A stretch of 63,441 nucleotides of DNA, filler included, from Sphacelaria rigidula (Eukaryota): NCBI GenBank assembly GCA_964200075.2. It is 5 parts of 5 records of this genome, joined end to end, with 100 filler letters (N's around TTAATTAATTAA, not from the genome) between each part and the next. Parts side by side here need not be neighbours in the genome. Positions count along the whole stretch, not along the records: positions 50,835 to 63,441 come from CAXNAA020003577.1; 4 more parts are not named here. One strand, written 5' to 3'. The translations under genes and the position numbers were made by a program. The first letter of the stretch is position 1. Every line of letters starts with the position of its first letter. Positions 52,242-63,441 of this stretch are shown here, piece by piece. The notes beneath the pieces were generated by a model. The model ran no database searches and had not been told where the DNA came from. It saw only the letters and a list, made by a program, of their open reading frames with translations.

Positions 52242-52650
52242 GGATTCTCGAAAATGGGGTTAAAAACAAAAATGAGGAACAATTCCAAAGCCGTGCTTTC
52301 CCTGACCTAAATTCATGACAAATGACTTTCATACGGACGACCTCATTCCTCCCGACCTCCCTGTAACTATTTCGGGGGGTTTGTGGCCTTCCGTTCCCCC
52401 AAATGATATGTGCGAAAGCACACTTTTGCATTGATTTCGGGGTGAAAAATGGACGTTTTCTGGTCCCAAAATCGTGCTTTCGCACATACCCCTTGGAGGA
52501 ACGGAAGGCTAAAAATCCCCCGAAATAGTTTTAGGCAGGTCGGGAGGGATGGGGTCGTCCATATGAAAGTCGTTCGTCATGAATTTAGGTGAGGGAAAGC
52601 ACGGCTTTTGAGTTGAACGTCATTTGTTCTCAACCCCATTTCCGAGAATC
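52242..52650. mobile_element. Fold-back MITE; diverged copy at ~54715-55075
   Basis: Termini GGATTCTCGAAAATGGGG / CCCCATTTCCGAGAATCC with long inverted arms. Confidence 0.85.
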
Positions 52651-52994
52651 CTTCGTTAGTTTGAGTTTTCCGGTGGTTACACGTTTTTTTGCCAAATAGC
52701 CCTTCCTTGGACAGGCGGTCAAGCCCACATAGAATTGGCAGTTCCTTTCTGTTTCCTTGTGGACGCTTGTCGCTTGTTCAAGAATGGGCAATTTGGTAAA
52801 AAAAACTGTGGCCACCGGCGGAAAACGCAAATGTGTCCTGGAACTGTTTGTTTACACGAGAATATAGCAAGCCATCCCACGTTGTCAACATCTGTCCAGC
52901 CCTATTATATGAGGCGTAAAGCGTAGCAGAAGGACCATGCAAAAAAGTGTACACACACGCGCGGCCTATTGGCTTCCCCTCAATTTCTCTTGAA

Positions 52995-53045
52995 TATATA
53001 TACATATATGTGTGTGTATGATATATATATATATATATATATATA
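52995..53045. repeat. (TA)n/(TG)n microsatellite
   Basis: Direct inspection. Confidence 0.9.
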
Positions 53046-53595
53046 CTCTGTACGAGCTGGGCTAGTTGACAGTGATTCTTGAATAAAGTGTTTTCGCATC
53101 CGACGGTGCTAGATTTGAGGAGTTAGGCGCTGAAATTTTGACACGACATTTTCATCATCAATACGTGCAACATTTCTCGGGATGCCGAGACAAAGAAAAG
53201 GTTAGAGCGATTTGAAATTTCAGCAAAAAAATTGGAATGATGTCGTAACTCCCTGAAAGGGACGAAAAACGGCGGCATCCCCAGAAATAAATGCTGCAGT
53301 ACGTTCTTGCGTGCGGAAGGTATCCTCTTTAAACAGCCGGTCGTCGCGATTGAGGATGGAGCTTTTCATGGAGGATGAGAACTCGGGGAATTGAAATCTT
53401 CGTATCCACCTGTATCCATACCCGATCAGATCGCCGAAATTCGCTAGAATTGTTTCGTCACCTAGGAACCCAACATTTTGGTTACGATCGGATCACCGAT
53501 ATCCCCTAGAAGTGTTCCGTCATCTAGGAACCCAACATTTCGGTTATCGATATCCAAATTTGTATGGCGTGTAGTAGTTGTCAGGAGCTACCAGT

Positions 53596-53877
53596 ACTCA
53601 TGATCATGCATGCCATAGTCGTGAGACCATTGACCTCGCATCCCCACGAAGCCGGGACGGAGCACGCCGGGTTTNNNNNNNNNCAAGCGCGAAGCGCCGT
53701 GGTGTGTTCGGCGAGTCGCGTTGAGGGTGAGCTGCATCCTGCTAAGATTGTTCGGCCCGAGGCCTACTGGTTATCTTGCACTTAGATGAGCCTACAATGA
53801 GTTGCTTCATTCTCTGGTATCGCCATTTCCAGAGGTGACCGCGGCTTATACACTGCCTCATGGATGTCTCACCAGCT
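53596..53877 (-). mobile_element. LINE 3' fragment inserted in a MITE, 10-bp TSD
   Basis: Flanked by AGCTACCAGT direct repeats. The minus frame ends GCEVNGLTTMACMIMS. Confidence 0.8.
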
Positions 53878-56025
53878 AGCTACCAGTGGGTGAAGGAATG
53901 GAACTATATTTCGAATATCTTTATGTGCGACACCGCTGCGCCCCTATAATCCAAGCCATGCAGGAGACTCCATGCGGTTCTTATGGAGGTCACGCTTATC
54001 ACCGAAAAGTGTGCCATCAGGGAACAATCCCTTCCGCAATACCTGCCCGGGTAGCCCAAGGAATATATATACAAAGGTTGGTGGCGAAACTCGATGATCC
54101 CATACCATTTTTCTCAACATACCCGAAAAAGACATTTTATACTAGAAACAAGTAGTCAGGAGTTTGCACGTTCCAAGTTCACCTTGTTGCACAAAAGCGC
54201 AATAAAAGCGCAAAACTTCACGCCGTTTGTAGGAATTAGATAATATTAAGTAAACATGTGCTATGGGTCATTACAAAACTTTCGATGGACAAGGGTTATG
54301 TTACTTTTATTTATTTATTTTGTTCACTGTTTTTTCGGTGGTCCGACGGGGTCCACGGTCCCCGAGAAAAGGTCCCCGAGAACCCTCGGACCCCCAGAAA
54401 CCGGTGAAAAATCAAGAAGTAAAACAACTCGTGCATCGAAGGTTATGTGGTGAGCCATAGCATATTTATGCAAAATTGCATTGTCGAACTCCTGAACATG
54501 GTGTGAACTTTTGCAGATAAAATATTTTTAGGGTGAAAACCGTCAACCGGCCTGTAGAGGCCGGGTCGAGATTTGCTTGAGAGTGTACATACGGTAGAGT
54601 ATGTGTAGAATTCCGAGGGCACATATTCCTCTGGAGAATCAAGCTCTCCAGAGGATCGCAAAGGACTGCAAATAAGAAATTATCGTGGAAAGTGATATTG
54701 AACATGAACATAAGGCTCAACTCCAGAACGGTACTTTCCTTGACCTGAAGTCATGGCAGATGACTTTTGCGTGGACGACCTCCTGCCCCCCTTACCTTCC
54801 TCAATCTATTTTTGGGAGGTTTACCGTCTTCCGTTCCCCAAAAGGGTATGTGCGAAAGCACCATTTTCGGGCTAAAAGCAGCCCTTGTTCACCCCGAAAT
54901 TGAGTCAAAAAGGTTATTTCACACATATCCTTTGGGAAAACGGAAGACAGAAAACCCCCCTGGAAATAGTTTCAGGGGGTTCGAGGGGCATGAGGTCGTC
55001 TATATGAAAGCCATTCGCCATAACTTCAGGTCAGGCAATAAAGCACTGTTCTAGAGGTAGGTAAACCCCATTTTAATGCTAAACATCTTCTTCGAAGATA
55101 ATCTCTTGAACACTCTCGAGTAAGCAACAGCGACTTAAGCAGAGTATAACGAAGTGCCCTAACTGAGGGTAGGACAAATGATATGCTGGATGGAAACCGA
55201 TTGGTCACTTGTTGTGCAGTTTTGAATACTATTACACATTTTTTTAAACCGCTTTTTGTAATATGTGTCAACCATGGAACTTGGCCTACAGCTCCGGTAA
55301 ACGTACCTCACTTCCGAAAATATCGTGCTGGATACGAGTGGAAACGCGACGAAATAGTCCCGGACGAGGCGTAGCTAGCCATTGCACGAGACGTACGCTA
55401 AAACGAAAGAGTTCGTGGCTTTTTTTTCTCCTTCCATTTTTTCCGCGCTTTCATTTTTCTTGTCCGCTGTAAAAGGGGCAAAACACGACCATTTTCGGGC
55501 CGACTGTTTTTTTTTCGGCCGGTCGGCGGCGTGGAGCAAGCCGCATCTGTTGAAAACAAATTGTGTTCAACTATAAAATGCTCAAAGCTGCAAAAACAAA
55601 GCGACAAGCGGAATCGCGTATGGTTGAGGATCCGTAGAAACTTGACCACTGTACTCTAACTTATGGAGGGAGGAAAGCTGTACTACTGTTGAAACCCTGG
55701 CAACCGTTTTTCGCTGCGAAGGAAAGTGTATGACATGCGCTCTCATTCGCATAAAGTAAGTCCATGACCTGGGATTGTTAGAAAACACGAACGGACGTGA
55801 TGCAGCTAACATGGATGTCTTTTCCTCTGCATGGTTGTAAAAAAGTCGTCGTGAGACCACCAAGACTTTGTGTCAATATCTTCCGTCCCAACAATACGCA
55901 CGGCCGTAGATGTACACAAATCAGTACACCGCATGAAGAGGCGCGCTGCATGTTCACATGCTGAGATGGATCGAACGGTCAATCCTTTATTCACCGCCAG
56001 GGTTGTTTGCATTACCTCGTGGCTC

Positions 56026-56180
56026 AATGTTGTGTGTGTTGTCGGCTCATCTATTCTGGACGCCAGTCTACACCTGTCGGTATGTTTCGCCGCATCAGCC
56101 TGGGTCACACAGGGGGATTGGCAACACAGGAATTTTATTTTTGTACTTTGTTTAAGTACTCCACCTTCCTTCTGCGGTGT
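56026..56180 (-). mobile_element. SINE family 1 3' fragment
   Basis: TGTGTGTTGTCGGCTCATCTATTCTGGACGCCAGTCTACACC tail. Confidence 0.75.
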
Positions 56181-57234
56181 TCAAAAATATCCTAAATTTT
56201 TGCACGTAAAATACCCCCGCTATTCGGGTCTTGGAGTCATTTTGCAAGTGAAAACCACGCAGATTCAACGGGTTAAGCACGCTGGCGGTCAATGTGTTAG
56301 TGAAGCCTTCGACTGCGAAGAAGCTTTTGGATCTTTACTCCAGGAGAAATCGTGCTGAACTGGTCGAACCTCTGCCCAAGGTTTCGTAGTCATTATCCAC
56401 TTGGTGTTCATCATGCCCCATGAAACCCCAGCACCAAGGACTGCAGTGTACTGTGCTGTGTTGTACTGTACTACGGTACTCGTGCGCTCAAATCAAAATT
56501 AACTAACGAGTATCGCTAGCTAGATTGATATGTACCTACTACCGAGCGGCATGTGACTATACGCGAAAGGAGTGTAGTGGGAAATGTTGCTACTAATAAC
56601 ACCTTCGGGCTGGCATGGCTGTCCCCGACCCTCCTATTTCATGGGAGCGCGGGTCGAAACCGAGTTGCTCTCTTGATGTTCTCTTGTGCAATCCACTGCC
56701 CGGGGGAAGCAAAGGCACGCGCCCCGATCGTCGACCGCTCTCTGTGATTTTGGGCCGGTTTTCAGCAAAATTGCCCAGAAACTGAACGCTCACCGGTGCT
56801 CCAGTGTTTCATAGCGCAACGTTTTGTTTGCCGAGTCATGTCACGTCGATCGACGCGCATATGGATGATAATGAGTAGGACGGAGCACAAAAGACTGGTG
56901 CAACGCACGAAATGTGACGTGGTTCTCTGCTGTACTTGTTGGCGGTTTTGGAAGTGGACGCGCATGTGCTCTGCAGCTATATCATGCAGCTGGTTCCTGG
57001 GGAATTAGTAGGTGTCACGAAAAAGGAAACGTGTCTCACTATACTTCGGCGGAGAAAGTCGGAGACCGTCTATTGTCGCCCACGGTACAGAATCTCGATA
57101 TGTGTGGACGAGCCAAGGTTTTTCCAACTTCAGCGTCGCCGAATTTTGATTGTGTTAGTGCACGGCGGGAGATGTCTCAGTGCTGGTGATCGTTTCCGAG
57201 TATTTTTATATTTTATTTTTTAATCGGAGTATTT

Positions 57235-57560
57235 TTTATTGTTTTATTACTTTCACACTTTGAACCCCTCTCCTTCCTGGGGACGAGTCCGTGGTCTACT
57301 AGTCTCAAGGGATCAAGCCATCTCTCCCCGTTACACGCCTCGCATTTCGGTCTCGTGGATTGGGTCATGCCTATCAGTACTCCTGCACCGCGTCAACTTT
57401 CGTGAAACAAACTCAGTCAACTGCTTATTTTTCATTCACGTACTCCCGCTATCAACGGTGGAAATCAGATACAGTGCTTGAAGAAAAAACACAATGCATG
57501 GGGAGTCGAATCCACGTTCTCCCCCCCCTAGTGGTGACAGTTGGACCATTTTAGTTTGCA
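57235..57560 (-). mobile_element. Probable second tRNA-derived SINE family
   Basis: Minus strand B-box-like GGATTCGACTCCC (~57500-57512) and A-rich tail at ~57235. Single copy in this window. Confidence 0.5.
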
Positions 57561-59233
57561 CAACCTGGGCGCGGCGGCAACGTCTACTCTTGGAACACAA
57601 TAGACGTGAGCGCGCGACTGACGAGATGATGACGATACTGTAGTCAGAAGTTGAATTTTAATGCAATACTGCACGAGCCAGAAGTTGGTTAACTTTCTGC
57701 AGTATATTTTTGTATCACTTTAGTAAGTTGGGAATATCTATCGCTTGGCGACGGCTAGATTTTTGACGGATTTCTTGTTGTGCGAAATAAATCTACTGTA
57801 GCATTCAAATCGATGCCTATATATATCAAGTATATTGCAGCATGTAAATCGTTGCAGCATGTGACATATGTATATATATTACCCTTGTTCGCTGTTCAAA
57901 TTCTCATTCTTTCCGAGTTCTTCGCTAGGTTGCTGTTGCTCAGGAGCAACTTTACGTTCTTCACCTAAGGTCGAAACGTTTCTCCACTGCAAGCATCGCA
58001 GTAGCTCCCCGCCTGCACAGTCGCGCATCTTGTGCCTGTTCTGTCCTCCCACCATACACTACTATAGTCAACACAGCTTAAAGTCGCTGGTCGGTTCCCT
58101 GTTATATGCTGGAGAACTTACAACCCGTCACCAATCCCAGTTATGGCATACAGTTTGTTGTCCCATGCATGGGCAATATGACGCTGGGCTTCCCGCACGA
58201 ACAGTGAACGGCAAATTGTACAGAGAGATCGTCGTGTATTTGTACCACGTTGGCCGCAGCACCATGGTGACGAACCAGAAATAAACATTTTTCTTCACAC
58301 GGTGCATCGAGTAAAACTTCTCTAGCACCGACGTTTTTACAGAGACACGATGTGCTCTCTGTCTCCTCCGCTGTTGTTCATAATGTAATCGGTATCACCT
58401 GCTCTGTTCGTTTTTCACTCACTTTACTGAGTGGTGTTCAGAACACCGTCTGAACCCGCGGTGCTTCGGAGTTGTGGTGGGTCACCGCTCATTTGCGCTG
58501 TGGTACAAAGGTTCCTGATAGTGACCGGAGTTTTCCTCCAAAAGGAAGGGGTCCGTGCTGGCATGAGGTTTTGTTGCGATTGCCTTACCATGAGATCGAT
58601 GCGGGCTACCGGTGTGCGACAGCTGGCACTACTCGTTTGGTGGTCAGGTGGCGTAGGTGTGGGTCATACCAGTCGACCGTGTTTCGCGGGAAATTTGGGG
58701 AAATAAATTCCCAAAAATTTTGTGTCTATGAATGTCGCGTTTCAGATGATAGTGCGAATTCCAGGTCACATGCGTGTACGCTCTGCACGACGTGGACCTG
58801 ATATGTGCTCGTACTTCGTTGCTATGCGGTGGTTGTTGGCTTCAGGCTGGGCAAGCAGGGAGAGAAAAAGGGCATGAGGAAAGGCGCTGGAGGAAAGGTA
58901 AATGTTTGCCGGATTTAAATGATATTCACTAACCAAGATGTTGGACAAATGCTCGCCACTGATTGCTCTTTCTCGGCGCTGTACTAGCGACCCGCAACAC
59001 TTGTATTGCCCTTTTTTTTCGCTCTGATAGTCTCCTGTAGACAGAAGTTGCAAGTCCATTTGTAAGCCAGCTGATGGAAACAAGGGTGCTGCGCGAAATC
59101 GAACGTTTGGCGTGGTGAGAGAACGAATGGTGTCGAAGCTGAGGCACTCTAAGATTGTGTCGGGGCATTTACAAGCACTGCCTTTCAGCATCACAGGGGT
59201 GTTGTTTGTGTTCAATCACCATGTTTGTCTCAG

Positions 59234-62200
59234 CCGACTGCAGCAATACAGTACCTCGTCAAACCGCCACTCACGAGCTTGGTGTGTTGGATGCCCCCGT
59301 CTTCACGTGACGTATCTCCTGCTACGTGCGTTTACGTTTCCCGGATCCAGGGGCAGAGTGAGGAGAATGCTGTCGTGGCTGTGCGGCCGTTGCAGGCGCT
59401 GCACAGGCATATCGACGAGAATGCTTCACGGGTCCGGTAAGTTGGGGAGCACCGCCGCTAGCTTTGTCGTCCACACACCGACATCGTTCTGTGCTTGGTT
59501 GTACCGTCTTGTTGCCTCATGCACGTGTGTGTTCTATGTCGTACGTTGGATGTCTTATGTACATCTGGTAGTCTGACCGCAGGCGCTCCGTGTGTTTGTG
59601 GTGGTGTAGACGTCTCTGTCGTTTTGCACCGTGCTCTGGCCTCGACAGTGCCCCAGCTTGACCACATGATGCCGTGATAACGCCGTGCCGACTTGAGTCC
59701 TTCCCCGGCTTGCCCTGCCACCCTTACCGCTGCGGCGCCGCACGGACACACGCACGCCACCGATCGATGGTACTTGCTACGATTGCTGGCCGTGGGTGCT
59801 CCAGGACATTTCGCAAGGATGTCCCGCTGCCGGGAAACAAAACGGACAGCGCTTATCATCACTACGATGAGCTAGTGCAGCTGTTCCGTCAGAAACGAGC
59901 TGGCGAGGTGAAGCAGGTGACGAGTCGTTTGCTCTCGCCTGCGGGCGACTATCCCGTCTTCCTTCTGCTCGGGGACGGGTCCACTGTTGTCTCTCCGCCC
60001 TCTCATCGTACACAGGAGAGCCAAGAAGACGACGCGCACCAATCTGGAAATGGTTCTCTGCGGTCAGTTACGCCGCCGGCTTGCTTGGCGCCAGCCGGGT
60101 GTTCCAAAGCAGTCGTCGTGTACGGAGCTCTGCCGGAGGAAGACTTGTTTTTACCCAGCATTCCCGCGATGTACCCTGTCCACCCTGTCCCTGTAGGGAA
60201 GGAGAGGGCGGGGGAACTCTACGGAATGGTGGTTACTGACGGTCGCCGGGACAAGGTGCAGCTGCGGACTACGGACAGGAACATGGCTCTCGGGTTTTTG
60301 TATTTGGCGGTGCTAGTCTTGGTGCGGAGCACGGCTCTTGCAGGTTAGGAGGACCTATTCCTTCCCGCTTTTTGCGCTTCCCGTTAGCGAGATTTTATTA
60401 CATTGATTTCGTTGGAAACATCGGGAACAAGTAATGCCCACCAGAACGCCGCATCAGTCCTCCCCCCCCTCCTCTTCGCACCCCGCTACGCCCACCCCAC
60501 CCCCTGCCCGTACCGACACCCTGACACGACGACACTGACCGATCACCGCCTCTCTTGTGATATCGCCTTTTGTTGTTGGTAGCTCGGCGTCGCTTGATGG
60601 AGAAGAAGAGGGAGAGGATAGCGGCGAAGCCGGCGGCGGCGGCCGAGCGTCGTGCACACGAGGCGAAACACACGGCGGTGGTCGCCCAGGGCCTCTGGAC
60701 AAGCGAAAACGATAGGGTGATCGAGGTCGAAACTGATGGGAACGGAAGGCTTCACAGCGCCGTGATGGCGCAGCACGATGCCGAAAGCATGGTGAAGCAC
60801 GCTATGGCGGAGCGTGACGAGTGGTGCACAAGGTACCGAGAAATGACAGCAAGTAGCGAGGTCATGGAGAGAGAGCGGGACCGCATAAGGAAGGAGCGAG
60901 ACCAGCTGGCGGTTCAGAACCAGCGACTGGTGGCAGACAACACGGCGCTCAAGTGAGGACGTTAAACGTTTGCGTATAGGCACGTGTGCTAGAGGGTGAT
61001 GGATTCTGTTATTTGTTGGGTGTTGGGTGTACTTGCGATGAGAGAGGGGGAGGAGGAGCGGGGAGGAGCATGGCGACATTAAGAGCGAAAATTGTGAAGC
61101 TTTTGCGGCATTTTCCCTGCATTCATCTGTTCCATGCCCCAAGTGGGGAGTGTTTTTCAAGAAAACGTACGTGAGTTATACTCATGGCTCCCACCGTAGA
61201 CCACAATGGTCATGACTTTGTTTCTGCGGTACGCTTTTACTTCTCCGATGGGCGGTCTGCACTTTTCATTTCCCTCGGCAACTACGATTCGATTGTACTG
61301 TATCATCATCAGTCTAACGCTAAGTAAGACATGCTTTGGCCTCACGCAGAGGACGTCATTTTTTCTTGGCCATTACCAGGGATGTATCCATGCTTTTACG
61401 GCGAGAATTTACACGTCGTTTTGGTGTCCTTTCGGTGTCCTTCCGACTGAACACAGGAGACGCAAGGGACGGCTGGAGGCAGCAGAGGCCCGAGCACATC
61501 GCGCCGCAGAACAAGTCGCCCAGAAGCTTGCCAGTGCAGAGGCCCTCGTTGCCTCTTTGATGGAGAGTGCTGCTCTAGGGCATCGCCTCGATGCCTCGCA
61601 CAAACACGCTGAAAGCGTCGAAGCGGAGCTAGAGCTGAGCAACGCGGCAAACATGTCGAACCAAGCATTCGCCACTGGGCAGGCTCACGGGTGCAGAATG
61701 GTGCGGTTGTGTGGCTTGCGCTCCTTTTTGTTCTTCTCTGGGTCCGGGCAACTAACGTGCGAGTCTACAGCACCTCGCGTTTCTTGTTTTTATGGATGGC
61801 GCTAGTGTTTCTCGGCACGGATGAAAATATGGCGTTACTCAAAAGGCGTGCGTACTTTATGTTTGAATTGCAATAAGAGCCTCATCTCTGAAGTTCCCTT
61901 TACCGGGGGCGTTCCCTAACATATCTACGGGTTTGCTAGGGCTGCTGAGCTGCCCCCCTCTTCCCTCCACCCCGCCCTTCCCGTTCACGGCATGCCAGCC
62001 GTCGTCATTCCCTCCAGGATGACCAGGTGGAACATTTCGTGTTACCGCCTTAATCCACCCATTTCTCGGAACATTAATCTAAGGGCTGGCATCAAGAAGC
62101 ATGAAAGCACACGACTGACTATTTTGAGCTGGTCTGCTCCCCATGCGTGCGTGTGTATGTGCGTGTGCGTGTGCGTGTATGTGTTTTGCTGCTTGATGTG

Positions 62201-62541
62201 AGCAATGAAGCCCTCCGCCCGTGAACGTCAAAACGCTTACGCTCGGGGCCGGGCTGAGGGTTTGGCGACTGGCAGAGCTGAGGGCAAGGTTGAAGGCAGG
62301 GCTGAGGGCAGGGACGAGGGTAGGGCTGAGGGCAGGGCCGAGGGTAAAGCTGAGGGCCTAGCTGACGGCTGGAACGACGGGGCGGCCGACATAATTCGGA
62401 ATGTGACGGAGGAGGGGAGCGAGCACCGGAATACCTCGTGGGTGGCGAGCGAACTCTGCGCCGCGTTCGGCGACCCCTTGCGTATGTTCACAGCGGCTGA
62501 AGCACCCTCGCGCCTCGGCGTGCAAGATGATGGAACTTTCT
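59234..62541 (+). CDS. Partial 5-exon gene (59234-59436, 59805-60343, 60583-60952, 61457-61700, 62211-62541): uncharacterised coiled-coil protein with (GRAE)n repeat
   Basis: All four introns are GT..AG with matching phases (2,1,2,0). Exons are stop-free, with heptad-like E/R/A-rich segments and a 12-bp repeat encoding EGRA. Confidence 0.65.
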
Positions 62542-63361
62542 GTGCGTTACCTGATTCCTTCATGCTATTCACTTTGTCGAGCGTGTATGTCGTTCTGTCG
62601 TCGTGCTGGTGGTTTATGCCTATGACAAGACAAGACGTCCTGTGCTGCTGCTGCTGCTGCTGCTGCCGCTACTCTAGGCATTGTTTTGTCCTGAATGTGA
62701 TGGTGTTTTGTGTATGTATCTACGGCGTGTGGTGTTGTGGATACCACTTCATAAAAAAGGAAACTTCCCACGAGTTTGGGTCAAGAAAATGGCCTCTTCA
62801 CAGTGGCGACACCGTGAAATAAATGTAAGCTTCATGAACAGAAGGTCTTGCGTTCGTATCCCGGCTTCCACCAATGTGATGGAACACAAAATTTCCTCAA
62901 GTCAAGCGAACAGAAAGAAGTTGTGAAGTTGGTAGGGGACGAGAAAAATTGGTGAGTAACTAGCAAGCAGAGTGCACAGAGTCACGGGCAGTTCAACAAG
63001 TGTCGGTCGAGGAAATCACCTCTTTGTCATAGTGTGTCGTTCGTGTATTTGCTAACTTGCTGTAGTCCATTACTTGGCTAGAATTGCAAAAACGTGTACT
63101 TTTTTGGCAGCAAGTGGGGGATAAGTCCCACTCTTGGTTGTCACATATGATGCGATCACTTCATTTGTCACGCTTCACTTCTTTTTCACAACATTTATCA
63201 TGCACCCTTAACTCTTTGGGAACCGTTGATGAAAAGGTGACGATTTACAAACTCCCAATTGCGAGCTTTCGTCACCGAGAGAAGGCCACTTCGAGTTCGG
63301 TGCACGAATCTGTCACATAAGTATACTTGAACGTAGCGTGCAGTGCACCGTTTTGGTGGGC

Positions 63362-63441
63362 TGCAGCATCATCAGCATCATCATCATCATCATCATCAGC
63401 ATCAGCATCAGCATCATCATCATCATCATCATCATCATCAT
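63362..63441. repeat. (CAT)n/(CAGCAT)n microsatellite
   Basis: Direct inspection. Confidence 0.95.

Overview
Repeat-rich eukaryotic DNA. The repeat types and exon/intron style suggest a stramenopile, probably a brown alga (inference). The window is not contiguous: it is five size-sorted contigs (12609, 12609, 12608, 12608, 12607 bp) joined by artificial 100-nt N44-TTAATTAATTAA-N44 spacers. Contig 1 holds a decayed LINE whose RT core is deleted, a ~7.2-kb 63-bp satellite and a probable LTR. Contig 2 holds a decayed Ty3/Gypsy element (very long gag region, PR, RT, RH, IN, probable 5' LTR, no tRNA-type PBS), a MITE and a hAT 5' end. Contig 3 holds a cluster of LINE tails and ~12 kb of decayed, intronless-looking coding DNA of unknown origin. 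Contigs 4-5 hold exons of two uncharacterised genes among many MITEs, tRNA-derived SINEs and LINE tails. Most notable: a LINE-tail family ending in poly(C) that inserts at C-runs with TSDs and shares a 5' boundary; a possible self-priming Gypsy; and a candidate fossil viral or large-TE region. No CRISPR, rRNA or genuine tRNA genes were seen.
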